Assembly: GCA_964551595.1 (NCBI GenBank)
Contig: CAZKCU010000002.1
Span: forward strand, 3,081-67,080
Direction: 5' to 3'
From: an uncultured Candidatus Saccharibacteria bacterium
Lineage (GTDB): Bacteria > Patescibacteriota > Minisyncoccia > Minisyncoccales > CAZKCU01
DNA: 64,000 nucleotides
The stretch's first letter is position 1; every line of letters begins with the position of its first letter. This document shows, piece after piece, positions 1 through 8,914 of this stretch. The translations under genes were made by a program, and so were the position numbers. A model generated the notes under the pieces. It did not search any database and was not told where the DNA came from. It saw only the letters and a list, made by a program, of their open reading frames with translations.

Positions 1-1
1 A

Positions 2-1060
2 TTTCCAATTTTTAAAACTAAAATCGAGGGCGTAAATCAAAAGTTTCAGCTCGCCGATCCTCAGGAGCGGCAGAGATATTTTGAGCTGAAAGCAGGACTG
101 GAGATTGAAAAGCTAAAGGAGTATCTCAAAGATAACACATTTATTGCTTATCTTTTGGGCAAGAAGAATTCGGGTAAAGGTACTTATTCAAAAATGTTTG
201 GAGAAGCTGTCGGGAAAGAAAAAGTTGGCCATTTTTCCATTGGCGATATAGTTAGAGACGTTGATAAAGAAATCAGAGACAAAAAAAAGAAAAAAGATTT
301 AATTACTTTTTTGGAAAAAAACTATCGGGGCTGGCTTTCTCTTAAAGAAATAAGCCAGACCTTAGAAAAGAGAAGCACCAAAACTCTTTTGCCAACCGAT
401 TTAATTTTGGCCCTTGTAAAACGAGAAATTGCCAAAAGAGAGAAAAAAGCCATTTTTATTGACGGCTTTCCCAGAGATTTGGGACAAATTTTTTATTCTT
501 TATTTTTTAGAGATTTAATTGGTTATCGTGACGACCCTGATATTTTTGTTTTGATTGATGTTCCTGAAGCAGTAATTGATGAAAGAATCAAGTGGAGAAG
601 AGTTTGTCCCCTTTGCCAGACCTCAAGGAATTTAAAACTACTCCCGACCTCAAAGATTGGATATGATAAAGCAAAAAAAGAATTTTATTTAATTTGTGAT
701 AACCCCGACTGCCGAGGAGTTAAGATGGCTTCAAAAGAAGGAGATGAATTTGGCATAGCGCCAATAAGAGAAAGATTAAAAAAAGACTCTGAGTTAATTC
801 AGCGGGCTCTTTCTCTTTACGGTATTCCTAAAGTTTTTCTCCGCAATTCTGTTCCAGTAGTAAAAGCAAAAGAATTCGTCGATGATTATGAGATTACCCC
901 CGAATATCATTATGAATGGGATGAGAAAGAAGAAAAAGTAAAAATAGAAGAGTTATCCTGGATTATGAAAGATGATGAGGGTAATGCGTCTTATAGTTTA
1001 TTAGCCCCGCCAGTGGTGGTCTCTTTAATTTCCCAGATAGTTGAAGTATTGAATCTTTAG
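2..1060 (+). CDS. adenylate-kinase-family protein, atypical paralog (5' end outside window)
   Basis: The frame is open from base 2, with no stop upstream of the TTG at 155, so the gene is 5'-truncated by the window. It has a P-loop GKKNSGKGT, an FIDGFPRD motif and a Cys4 lid (CPLCQ...CDNPDC) as in Zn-lid adenylate kinases. A canonical adk sits separately at 18535. Confidence 0.6.
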   Translation, partial: FPIFKTKIEGVNQKFQLADPQERQRYFELKAGLEIEKLKEYLKDNTFIAYLLGKKNSGKGTYSKMFGEAVGKEKVGHFSIGDIVRDVDKEIRDKKKKKDLITFLEKNYRGWLSLKEISQTLEKRSTKTLLPTDLILALVKREIAKREKKAIFIDGFPRDLGQIFYSLFFRDLIGYRDDPDIFVLIDVPEAVIDERIKWRRVCPLCQTSRNLKLLPTSKIGYDKAKKEFYLICDNPDCRGVKMASKEGDEFGIAPIRERLKKDSELIQRALSLYGIPKVFLRNSVPVVKAKEFVDDYEITPEYHYEWDEKEEKVKIEELSWIMKDDEGNASYSLLAPPVVVSLISQIVEVLNL

Positions 1061-1064
1061 GGGC

Positions 1065-1094
1065 TTGACTTGGTTCTGTTCCAAGCGCTATAAT
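1065..1094 (+). promoter_or_regulatory. sigma70-type promoter TTGACT-18nt-TATAAT
   Basis: TTGACT at 1065-1070 and TATAAT at 1089-1094. It points into a region with no credible ORF. Confidence 0.6.
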
Positions 1095-1100
1095 AAAAAT

Positions 1101-1272
1101 AGCCCTGCCAAAACTTCTAGTTATATCTGGTACAAACATTTTTTTTGGGAGTCTGATATGATTATGGCCTCTGGGCTATATCTTGGACACCCACCTGGAT
1201 TTTTTTCCGGATACGATTCTCTAGAAGTGGAAACAGGGCTCCAAAAATCTCGGAAATATCCGAGTTTTTTTG
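1101..1272 (+). ncRNA. candidate small ncRNA with 6S-RNA-like rod/bubble architecture
   Basis: Bounded by the promoter at 1065-1094 and an intrinsic terminator at 1249-1271. Closing helices are 1101-1107/1234-1240 and 1113-1120/1221-1228. A U-rich bubble of about 16x16 nt (1131-1146 vs 1191-1206) is followed by an apical stem at 1147-1192. Confidence 0.5.
1249..1272. terminator. intrinsic terminator hairpin, possibly bidirectional
   Basis: CTCGGA-AATA-TCCGAG followed by T7 on the + strand. An A-run precedes it, so the reverse strand reads hairpin plus ATTTTT just downstream of tRNA-Pro. Confidence 0.65.
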
Positions 1273-1277
1273 TTTTC

Positions 1278-1352
1278 TGGTCGGGGCGCTGAGAATCGAA
1301 CTCAGATCACAAGACCCCCAGCCTTGCATACTAACCGTTGTACTACGCCCCG
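1278..1352 (-). tRNA. tRNA-Pro (anticodon GGG), CCA encoded
   Basis: Hand-folded cloverleaf. Acceptor stem CGGGGCG/CGCCCCG gives C1:G72 and A73, the bacterial Pro identity elements. Anticodon loop is CUGGGGG and the T-arm is GAGTTCGATTCTC. Confidence 0.9.
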
Positions 1353-1354
1353 AT

Positions 1355-1576
1355 TTACTTCCTTTTTCCCATTGCTTTAATGCATTTGGTGCAGGCTAAA
1401 ATTCTTTTCCCAGCAAATTTTTTATAAGATTCTTTTTTTATACCAACAGGAATCTTGACCCATTGTAAATTTGGGTATTTTCTTTTTTTGATGGTTGGAT
1501 TATATTTCCCTCGAAGTTTTTTTAACTTCCAGACCATCCCTGATTTTTTACCGCAAATTAGACATTGTTTTGCCAT
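1355..1576 (-). CDS. rpmB: 50S ribosomal protein L28
   Basis: The 73-aa basic protein MAKQCLICGKK...PNLQW matches the L28 pattern. Confidence 0.85.
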   Translation of the reverse strand: MAKQCLICGKKSGMVWKLKKLRGKYNPTIKKRKYPNLQWVKIPVGIKKESYKKFAGKRILACTKCIKAMGKRK

Positions 1577-1593
1577 GAATTTATTTAATCTTC

Positions 1594-1751
1594 GGGCAGC
1601 TTCCCTCGGGTGACACGCAGTCAGCTTTAGAGATAATGTAAAAGTTATTTCCCAGCTGCTGCTATTTCTCGCCGAGCCATCACTATCTTAGAAGAAAATT
1701 CAAAGAAGATACTACGGCTCGGCTCCGAAGTGTCACCCTCGGCAACTGCCC
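1594..1751. repeat. palindromic GC-rich intergenic element, family C copy 1
   Basis: Outer arms GGGCAGCTTCCCTCGGGTGACAC and GTGTCACCCTCGGCAACTGCCC. Inner stem is GCCGAGCC/GGCTCGGC. It shares TTCTCGCCGAGCC...GGCTCGGCTnCGAAGTG with 3428-3591. Confidence 0.7.
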
Positions 1752-1763
1752 TCAGATTATTTT

Positions 1764-2447
1764 ATGCCATACGTTTTCATTTTAAACTTTTTATTAATTT
1801 TTGCAAGGCATTTATTAATATGTTATAAAAAAAACATGGCTTCAACTACTATCTTTTTCTTAATCGTTTTACTTTTTTCGATTGTTATTCATGAGGTTTC
1901 TCACGGAAGCATGGCTAATTTGTTGGGCGATCCTACGGCAAAATACGCCGGTCGTCTTACTCTAAATCCAATCAAACATTTAGATTTAGTTGGGTCTATT
2001 TTTGTGCCGTTGTTTTTGCTCATCCTAAGAAGCCCCATTTTATTTGGCTGGGCAAAACCAGTACCAATTAATCCTTATAATTTTAGAAACCCAAAATGGG
2101 ATGGAGCCAAGGTAGCCATAGCTGGCCCCGGAGCAAATATTCTGATAGCTTTAATTTTCGGACTGGTTATTAGATTTTTCCCTTTACCTGCTTCAATTTT
2201 AACCATTTTTAGCATTATTGTTATTTTAAATCTCATCCTAGCCATTTTCAATTTAGTTCCCATTCCGCCTTTAGATGGTTCCCATATTCTCTTTACTTTT
2301 TTGCCAGAAAAATTTGCCAACATAAAATTATTTTTACATCAATTTGGAATTTTTATTTTAATCTTCTTTATATTTTTTGCTCTGCGTTGGGTATTTTCAG
2401 GAGTGATGATACTTTATTATTTAATTACCGGCCAGCCCTTTATTTAG
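1764..2447 (+). CDS. M50-family (site-2 protease-like) membrane zinc metalloprotease
   Basis: HEVSHG zinc motif, multiple TM segments and NLVPIPPLDGSH. An internal ATG at 1836 (MASTTIFF...) is an equally plausible start. Confidence 0.8.
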   Translation: MPYVFILNFLLIFARHLLICYKKNMASTTIFFLIVLLFSIVIHEVSHGSMANLLGDPTAKYAGRLTLNPIKHLDLVGSIFVPLFLLILRSPILFGWAKPVPINPYNFRNPKWDGAKVAIAGPGANILIALIFGLVIRFFPLPASILTIFSIIVILNLILAIFNLVPIPPLDGSHILFTFLPEKFANIKLFLHQFGIFILIFFIFFALRWVFSGVMILYYLITGQPFI

Positions 2448-2476
2448 TTGACATTTTTAGATTTATTTTATAATAT
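2448..2476 (+). promoter_or_regulatory. sigma70-type promoter TTGACA-17nt-TAATAT upstream of rpsL
   Basis: TTGACA at 2448-2453 and TAATAT at 2471-2476. The leader has a TAAGCGC-AAA-GCGCTTA hairpin at 2483-2499. Confidence 0.6.
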
Positions 2477-2523
2477 AAAACGTAAGCGCAAAGCGCTTAA
2501 CTTTTAATTTAAGCGAAACAAAT

Positions 2524-2934
2524 ATGCCTACTATTCGCCAACTAATTAAAAAAAGAAGAAAAAAAATCATTAAACGTCACAAGATGCCAGCTTTGACATT
2601 TAGTTTTAACGTTTTAAAGAATCGACCCCAAAAACATCCCTCTCCATTTAAAAGAGGAGTTTGTCTTAAGGTTTTTACAGTAACTCCTAAAAAACCAAAC
2701 TCGGCCTTAAGAAAAGTAGCAAGGGTCAAACTTACTAATGGGATGGAAGTTACTGCCTATATCCCCGGGGAAGGTCATAATTTACAGGAACACTCAATAG
2801 TTTTAATTAAAGGAGGAAGGGTAAGAGATTTGCCCGGGGTAAGATACCATATTGTTCGTGGTGTTCTTGACACAGAGGGAGTAGAAGGAAGGAAACAGGA
2901 GAGAAGTAAGTACGGAACAAAGCGGGGAAAATAA
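2524..2934 (+). CDS. rpsL: 30S ribosomal protein S12
   Basis: [19 protein letters not shown]...[17 protein letters not shown]; str-operon position. Confidence 0.97.
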   Translation: MPTIRQLIKKRRKKIIKRHKMPALTFSFNVLKNRPQKHPSPFKRGVCLKVFTVTPKKPNSALRKVARVKLTNGMEVTAYIPGEGHNLQEHSIVLIKGGRVRDLPGVRYHIVRGVLDTEGVEGRKQERSKYGTKRGK

Positions 2935-2957
2935 TTAAGAGGAGTTTTAAAAATTCA

Positions 2958-3425
2958 ATGAGAGGAAAAAAGAAAATAAAACAAGAAATTTCGCCTGACC
3001 CCGTTTACAATAACGTTATCGTTGCCAAATTTATAAATCAGGTGATGAGATGCGGCAAAAAAACTATAGCCAGAAAAATTGTCTATGGAGCATTTGACAT
3101 TATTAAAACTAAGACCAAAAAGGAGCCTTTAGAAGTTTTTGATTTTGCCTTTAAAAATGCCTCGCCTTTACTTGAAGTAAAATCAAAAAGAGTCGGCGGA
3201 GCAACCTATCAGGTTCCCCGAGAAGTAAAAGGGGAGAGAAGGTTAACTTTGGCTATGCGCTGGATAATTCAGGCGGCGAAATCAAGAAAGGGAAAGCCAA
3301 TGAGAGAAAAATTGGCTGAAGAATTAATTGCAGCCGCAAATAATACTGGAGCGGCAGTTAAGAAAAAAGAAAATACCCACCGTATGGCTGAGGCTAACAG
3401 GGCTTTTGCTCATTTTTCCTGGTGA
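2958..3425 (+). CDS. rpsG: 30S ribosomal protein S7
   Basis: S7-like sequence ([14 protein letters not shown]...[14 protein letters not shown]). SD AAGAGGAG lies upstream. Confidence 0.97.
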   Translation: MRGKKKIKQEISPDPVYNNVIVAKFINQVMRCGKKTIARKIVYGAFDIIKTKTKKEPLEVFDFAFKNASPLLEVKSKRVGGATYQVPREVKGERRLTLAMRWIIQAAKSRKGKPMREKLAEELIAAANNTGAAVKKKENTHRMAEANRAFAHFSW

Positions 3426-3427
3426 AT

Positions 3428-3591
3428 CACTCGGCAAGTCTGCTTCGGGAAGCCCGCCGTCGGCCTTTAGTAGTAATACAAAATTTGTTTCGGCCGCGGC
3501 TTTTCTCGCCGAGCCTTAAAATCTTTAACTAAAAGGCAAATTAATTCTCTGGCTCGGCTGCGAAGTGCTTTCCTTAGTAGTCTTGCCTCGC
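3428..3591. repeat. palindromic GC-rich intergenic element, family C copy 2
   Basis: CTCGGCAAG...CTTGCCTCGC termini. The inner TTCTCGCCGAGCC / GGCTCGGCTGCGAAGTG stem is shared with 1594-1751. It widens the normally short rpsG-fusA gap to 212 nt. Confidence 0.7.
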
Positions 3592-3637
3592 TTTAAAGAA
3601 TTTATTATTCGTATAAATTCGTAATTCGTAGGAAGTT

Positions 3638-5761
3638 ATGCCACGAAAATACCCAATCGAGAAAACTAGAGATATCGGAATCATTGCTCATATTGATGCC
3701 GGGAAAACAACCGTGACAGAACGGGTGCTTTTTTATACCGGAATTTCCCATAAAATTGGAGAAGTTCACGATGGCCAGGCTATTATGGATTGGATGGAGC
3801 AAGAAAGAGAAAGAGGAATTACTATTACCTCTGCTGCCACCACCTGTTTTTGGAATCCACAAGATTCGGACGTCACCCTTCCACCAACCCCAAAAAAAGG
3901 AAATGAATATCGAATCAATATCATTGATACTCCGGGCCATATTGATTTTACCGCCGAAGTTCAAAGGTCTCTAAGGGTTTTAGATGGAGCAGTTGTGGTT
4001 TTTGATGGAGTAGCTGGAGTAGAACCTCAGTCAGAAACTGTTTGGCGTCAGGCTGACAACTTTAAAATTCCCAGGATCTGTTTTATAAACAAAATAGACA
4101 GGATTGGTGCCTCTTTTGAAAAAAGCTTTGAATCTATTCTGGAAAAATTATCTCCAAATGCTCTAGCTCTTCAGCTACCAATTGGCCAAGAAAATAAATT
4201 TGAAGGGGTGATTGATCTTTTAAATCTGAAAGCTCTAAAATTTGAAGGTGATTTTGGTCAAATGGTAAAAAAAGAAGATATTCCCGAAAGTTTATTACAA
4301 ATAGCTAAGGAATGGCGGACAAAATTAGTTGAGAAAATTGTTGCTGAAGACGAAAGACTTTTGGAGAAATTTTTAGCCAAAAAAGAAGTTTCTATTGATG
4401 AGCTAAGAAAAGTTTTAAGAAAAGCTGTTTTAGACTACAAACTCGTTCCAGTTTTTTGCGGAGCAGCTCTCAGAAACATAGGAATCCAGCCTCTCTTAGA
4501 TGGAATTTGTTATTATCTTCCCAGTCCTTTAAATCTTCCACCGGTTAAGGGAACTGATCCTAAAACTGGAAAAGAAATTGAAAGAAAACCGGAGGATTCA
4601 GAAAAATTTTCTGCATTAGTCTTTAAAATTGCGGATGACCCTTATGTTGGAACCCTAACCCATTTTCGAGTTTATTCTGGTTTCTTGACAAGAGGCTCTT
4701 ATTTATTAAACTCAACAACAGGAGAGAAAGAAAGGATTGGCCGGATTTTAAGAATGCATGCTTCGGAAAGAGAAGAGGTAAAAGAAATTTTCACCGGGGA
4801 TATTGCTGCCACTGTAGGGCTGAAAAAAACGTCCACCGGACATACCCTTTGTGATAGTAATAATCCCATTGTTCTTGAAAAAATTAGCTTTCCCGAACCG
4901 GTTATCTCCATACGCATTGAGCCAAAAACCCGGGCTGATCAGGAAAAGATGAGTTTGGCTCTAAGAAGATTGTCGGAAGAAGACCCAACTTTTAAAACCA
5001 AAAGTGATTTAGAAACTGGAGAGACAATTATTTCTGGAATGGGAGAATTACACCTTGAGATTATTGTTGAGCGTATGAAAAGAGAATTTAAAGTAGAAGG
5101 CCTGGTGGGAAAACCTCAGGTAGCTTATAAGGAGACTATCAAACAGACAGCTGAAGCTGAAGGAAAATATATTAGACAATCGGGAGGACGAGGTCAATAT
5201 GGTCATGTTTGGCTAAAGGTTGGACCTAAAAATAGGGGAGAGGGATTCGAATTTATTGATGAAATTAAAGGCGGAATTATTCCCAAAGAATTTATTCCGG
5301 CAGTGGAAAAAGGAGTAAAGGAAGCTATAGGGAAAGGAATTCTGGCTGGATACCCGATGGTTGATATGGAAGTTAGACTATATGACGGTTCTTTTCATGA
5401 GGTAGATTCTTCAGAGGTCGCTTTTAAAATTGCAGGTTCCATAGCTCTTCAAGAAGCTTCAAAGAGAGCAAAACCAGTGATCCTCGAGCCAATTATGCGG
5501 CTTGAGGTTATTGTTCCTGGGGAATTTTTTGGTGATGCTATTGGAGATTTATCAGCCAGAAGAGGAAAAATTGAAGAGACTAAAGATAGATTAAATCTAA
5601 AAGTTATTGATGCTATTGTTCCTTTAGCTGAAATGTTTGGCTATGCCACTGCCCTACGTTCCTTGACTGAAGGCAGAGGAACCTTTACAATGGAATTTAA
5701 TTACTACGATGAAGTACCGGCAAATATTGCTCAGGAAATTATCGAAGGGCGAAGAAGATAA
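3638..5761 (+). CDS. fusA: elongation factor G
   Basis: GTPase motifs [14 protein letters not shown] and NKIDR, with full EF-G domain order. Confidence 0.98.
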   Translation: MPRKYPIEKTRDIGIIAHIDAGKTTVTERVLFYTGISHKIGEVHDGQAIMDWMEQERERGITITSAATTCFWNPQDSDVTLPPTPKKGNEYRINIIDTPGHIDFTAEVQRSLRVLDGAVVVFDGVAGVEPQSETVWRQADNFKIPRICFINKIDRIGASFEKSFESILEKLSPNALALQLPIGQENKFEGVIDLLNLKALKFEGDFGQMVKKEDIPESLLQIAKEWRTKLVEKIVAEDERLLEKFLAKKEVSIDELRKVLRKAVLDYKLVPVFCGAALRNIGIQPLLDGICYYLPSPLNLPPVKGTDPKTGKEIERKPEDSEKFSALVFKIADDPYVGTLTHFRVYSGFLTRGSYLLNSTTGEKERIGRILRMHASEREEVKEIFTGDIAATVGLKKTSTGHTLCDSNNPIVLEKISFPEPVISIRIEPKTRADQEKMSLALRRLSEEDPTFKTKSDLETGETIISGMGELHLEIIVERMKREFKVEGLVGKPQVAYKETIKQTAEAEGKYIRQSGGRGQYGHVWLKVGPKNRGEGFEFIDEIKGGIIPKEFIPAVEKGVKEAIGKGILAGYPMVDMEVRLYDGSFHEVDSSEVAFKIAGSIALQEASKRAKPVILEPIMRLEVIVPGEFFGDAIGDLSARRGKIEETKDRLNLKVIDAIVPLAEMFGYATALRSLTEGRGTFTMEFNYYDEVPANIAQEIIEGRRR

Positions 5762-5777
5762 TTTTTATCCACACCCA

Positions 5778-5806
5778 TTGACTTTATTTTAAAAATTTAA
5801 TAAAAT
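5778..5806 (+). promoter_or_regulatory. sigma70-type promoter TTGACT-17nt-TAAAAT upstream of tuf
   Basis: TTGACT at 5778-5783 and TAAAAT at 5801-5806. Confidence 0.5.
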
Positions 5807-5819
5807 AATAATATAATAT

Positions 5820-5908
5820 CCTACGAATTACGAATATCTACAAATCTACGAATAAAATGCATTTTTTAAAAAAATTCGTATATTCGTATTAATTAGTAAT
5901 TCGTAGGG
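5820..5908. repeat. AT-rich imperfect palindrome built from TACGAAT/ATTCGTA heptamers
   Basis: Left arm CCTACGAATTACGAATATCTACAAATCTACGAAT. Right arm ATTCGTATATTCGTATTAATTAGTAATTCGTAGG. Confidence 0.75.
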
Positions 5909-5918
5909 AAATAAAATT

Positions 5919-7118
5919 ATGGTAGCAAAAGAAAAATTTGAGAGGGTAAAACCCCATCTCAATATTGGAACCATTGGCCATGTTGACCATGGTAAAACCA
6001 CCCTAACAGCAGCCATTCTTAAAATTTTGGATATGAAAGGGTTCGGGACCTCAAAGAAAACGGTGGAAGAAATTGATTCAGCTCCCGAAGAAAGGGCCCG
6101 GGGTTTGACCATTTCTGTTTCCCATCTTGAGTATGAAACAGAAAAGAGGCACTATGCTCACATTGATTGCCCTGGTCACGCCGACTATATCAAAAACATG
6201 ATTACCGGAGCTGCTCAAATGGATGGAGCAATCTTAGTGGTTTCTGCTCCTGATGGTCCCATGCCTCAGACCAGAGAGCACGTTTTATTAGCACGGCAGG
6301 TAGGATTACCTTCACTCGTTGTCTTTTTGAACAAAGTTGATATGGTGGATGATCCAGAAATTATTGATTTAGTTGAGTCTGAAGTAAGGGAACTCTTGAA
6401 AAAATATGGTTATTCAGGAGATAAAATTCCGATAATTCGGGGGTCTGCTCTAAAAGCTCTGGAGGCAAAATCTCCGGATGACGAGGCAGCTCGACCTATT
6501 CTGGATTTGGTCAAAGCCATAGACGAACATATACCTGAACCAGTTCGAGAGGTTGATAAACCTTTCTTAATGGCCATTGAAGATGTTTTCTCAATTGCCG
6601 GACGTGGTACGGTGCCTACTGGAAGAATTGAAAGAGGAGTAATCCACCCAGCCGAAGAGGTTGAGTTAGTTGGTCTCCGGCCTACTGTTAAAACTGTGGC
6701 AGTGAGTATTGAAATGTTTAATAAAATGCTTGATGAGGGAAGGGCAGGAGATAATGTTGGAGTTCTGCTTAGAGGTCTTAAAAAAGAAGAAGTAGAAAGA
6801 GGTCAGGTTCTGGCAAAACCAGGAACTATTACTCCTCATACTGAATTTGAGGCCGAAGTTTATATCTTGACCAAAGAGGAAGGTGGTCGGCATACTCCTT
6901 TCTTCTCTGGTTATAAACCTCAGTTTTATATACGAACTACCGATGTGACTGGAGATGTAACCTTACCAGAAGGAACAGAGATGATTATGCCTGGTGATAC
7001 GGCTAATTTAAAAGCTAAATTAATTGCCCCAGTTGCTCTTGAGGAAAAACAGAGGTTCGCCATCCGCGAAGGAGGAAAGACAGTGGGAGCAGGAGTAGTA
7101 ACCAAAATATTGAAATAG
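5919..7118 (+). CDS. tuf: elongation factor Tu
   Basis: [22 protein letters not shown]; full-length EF-Tu. Confidence 0.98.
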   Translation: MVAKEKFERVKPHLNIGTIGHVDHGKTTLTAAILKILDMKGFGTSKKTVEEIDSAPEERARGLTISVSHLEYETEKRHYAHIDCPGHADYIKNMITGAAQMDGAILVVSAPDGPMPQTREHVLLARQVGLPSLVVFLNKVDMVDDPEIIDLVESEVRELLKKYGYSGDKIPIIRGSALKALEAKSPDDEAARPILDLVKAIDEHIPEPVREVDKPFLMAIEDVFSIAGRGTVPTGRIERGVIHPAEEVELVGLRPTVKTVAVSIEMFNKMLDEGRAGDNVGVLLRGLKKEEVERGQVLAKPGTITPHTEFEAEVYILTKEEGGRHTPFFSGYKPQFYIRTTDVTGDVTLPEGTEMIMPGDTANLKAKLIAPVALEEKQRFAIREGGKTVGAGVVTKILK

Positions 7119-7204
7119 TTTAAATCGTTAAGAGGTGACGGTAACGAAGCCCGTATCGTAACCCCTAATCGCTAAACATAACCGACGTTTAATGTTCTTT
7201 TAAG

Positions 7205-7546
7205 ATGGCTAAGAAAAAAGCAGTAGCAACCGAAGAAGAAGTAAAATCCAGGCTTCGGATTAAACTCCGTGCCTATGACCACAAAGTTATTGATAATAGT
7301 ACTCGACAGATTGTTGAGATAGCTTTGCGCTATGGGGTTGAAATTTTAGGGCCGGTTCCCCTTCCAACCGAAACTCATAAATATACAGTGAATAGGTCCT
7401 CTTTTGTTCATAAAGATTCGAGAGAACAATTCGAAATGAGAGTTCACAAAAGATTGGTTGATATTTTAAATCCTACCCCCAAAGTTATTGATGCTTTAAT
7501 GAGCCTGACTCTACCAGCGGGAGTTGATATCGAAATAAAAATGTAG
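7205..7546 (+). CDS. rpsJ: 30S ribosomal protein S10
   Basis: [15 protein letters not shown]...[30 protein letters not shown]. Confidence 0.97.
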   Translation: MAKKKAVATEEEVKSRLRIKLRAYDHKVIDNSTRQIVEIALRYGVEILGPVPLPTETHKYTVNRSSFVHKDSREQFEMRVHKRLVDILNPTPKVIDALMSLTLPAGVDIEIKM

Positions 7547-7609
7547 TATAATTAAAATGTTGAAATTATTAAGTTTTTAGAATTTAAGTTATATAAATAG
7601 TCACGGAAG

Positions 7610-7632
7610 AAAACCGGGCTATGCCCGGTTTT
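7610..7632 (+). terminator. terminator-like hairpin between rpsJ and rplC (possible attenuator)
   Basis: AAAACCGGGC-TAT-GCCCGGTTTT, a 10-bp stem ending in a U tract, 11 nt before the rplC ATG. Confidence 0.45.
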
Positions 7633-7643
7633 CAATTACCAAA

Positions 7644-8294
7644 ATGGCAAAGTTTATTTTAGGATTAAAATTAGGAATGAGTCAAATCTTTGATGAGAAA
7701 GGTAATGTTATCCCAGTAACAGTTATTAAAGCAGGCCCTTGTTATGTTACCCAAATAAAGACAAAGGAAAAAGATGGATATTCAGCTGTTCAGATTGGTT
7801 TTGGTGAAGCAAAAAAAATAACCAAAGCTTTAGCTGGCCATTTTAAAAAAGCAAAAGTTGGGAAATTGATGTTTTTGAGAGAATTTCGAAACGAAACACC
7901 TAAAATTGATGATAAAGAGCTAAAAATAAAGGACAAGATTGATATTTCAATTTTTAAAGAAGGGGATAGGGTTAAAGTTTCTGGAATCTCAAAAGGCAAG
8001 GGTTTCCAGGGGGCAGTTAAAAGATGGGGGTTTTCAGGAATGGGGGCTAGCCATGGAGTAAAGCATGAGCACCGGACCTTGGGTTCGGTCGGAAGCAGCT
8101 TTCCGGAAAGAGTAATCAAGGGCAAGAAGATGCCTGGTCGGATGGGAAGCGAAAGAGTAACAGTTAAAAATTTAAAAATAGTTAAAATTGACAAAGAAAA
8201 TAATATACTTGTAATAAAGGGAACGGTGCCAGGAGTAAAAGGAACGCTCTTAGAGATTCGCTCACTTACCTTATATGAAAACCGTAGTTTATAA
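7644..8294 (+). CDS. rplC: 50S ribosomal protein L3
   Basis: L3-like sequence (GKGFQGAVKRWGF...HG..H..RTLGS.G); S10-operon order. Confidence 0.97.
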   Translation: MAKFILGLKLGMSQIFDEKGNVIPVTVIKAGPCYVTQIKTKEKDGYSAVQIGFGEAKKITKALAGHFKKAKVGKLMFLREFRNETPKIDDKELKIKDKIDISIFKEGDRVKVSGISKGKGFQGAVKRWGFSGMGASHGVKHEHRTLGSVGSSFPERVIKGKKMPGRMGSERVTVKNLKIVKIDKENNILVIKGTVPGVKGTLLEIRSLTLYENRSL

Positions 8295-8904
8295 CCAAGA
8301 GGGAAAAAAAATCAGCCAGACTTTATTACCTAAAGAAATTTTTGATGTGAAAATGAATTCTGATTTGGTTCATCAGGTAGCTGTTTCTCAAATGGCAAAT
8401 CGGAGACAAGTTTCAGCCCATATCAAGACTAGAGCTGAAGTCAGGGGAGGGGGCAGAAAACCCTGGCGGCAAAAAGGAACTGGAAGGGCAAGAGCAGGTT
8501 CAATTCGTTCCCCAATTTGGAGAGGCGGAGGAGTAACCTTTGGGCCTACAACTGAGAAGGTTTTCAAGAAAAGAATTCCTAAAAAAATGAGAAGGAAAGC
8601 TTTATTTATGGTTTTATCGGCTAAAGCAAAAGAGAACTTACTTTTAGTTTTAAATAATTTAAAGATTGAAAAACCTAAAACAAAATTAATGAGAGAGATA
8701 TTAGATAAATTATTCTTGAAAAAAGGTTCGGGTTTAATCGCTTTAGCCCAGAAAGATGAGAATATAATTAAAGCAGCCAGAAATATTCCAAAAACTGAGA
8801 CAATACAAGCTAAAGATTTAAATGTTTTAGATTTGCTTAGTTCTAAATATTTAGTGATGCCAAAAGAAGTAATAAAAGTAATAAAAGAAACGTTTATAAA
8901 ATAA
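8275..8904 (+). CDS. rplD: 50S ribosomal protein L4
   Basis: L4-like sequence (RGGGRKPWRQKGTGRARAGSIRSP.WRGGG). Confidence 0.97.
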   Translation: MKTVVYNQEGKKISQTLLPKEIFDVKMNSDLVHQVAVSQMANRRQVSAHIKTRAEVRGGGRKPWRQKGTGRARAGSIRSPIWRGGGVTFGPTTEKVFKKRIPKKMRRKALFMVLSAKAKENLLLVLNNLKIEKPKTKLMREILDKLFLKKGSGLIALAQKDENIIKAARNIPKTETIQAKDLNVLDLLSSKYLVMPKEVIKVIKETFIK

Positions 8905-8914
8905 GTGAAAAAAT

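Noticed and set aside
1065-1292. 75-aa ORF (MTWFCSKRYNK...) from the ORF track
   Set aside because: It starts with the TTG of a -35 hexamer, has no SD, runs through a terminator hairpin and overlaps the antisense tRNA-Pro. The region is better explained as a promoter/terminator-bounded ncRNA.
3328-3519. 63-aa ORF overlapping the rpsG 3' end and repeat C2
   Set aside because: It is out of frame with a conserved gene and then reads through a palindromic repeat, with no start signal. The same applies to 28275-28466 and 12796-13032 on the minus strand, which read through family A copies that differ by indels.
7119-7204. Possible structured S10 leader or tRNA in the tuf-rpsJ gap
   Set aside because: I could find no convincing cloverleaf, long helix or terminator by eye, so this is not reportable without a covariance-model search.
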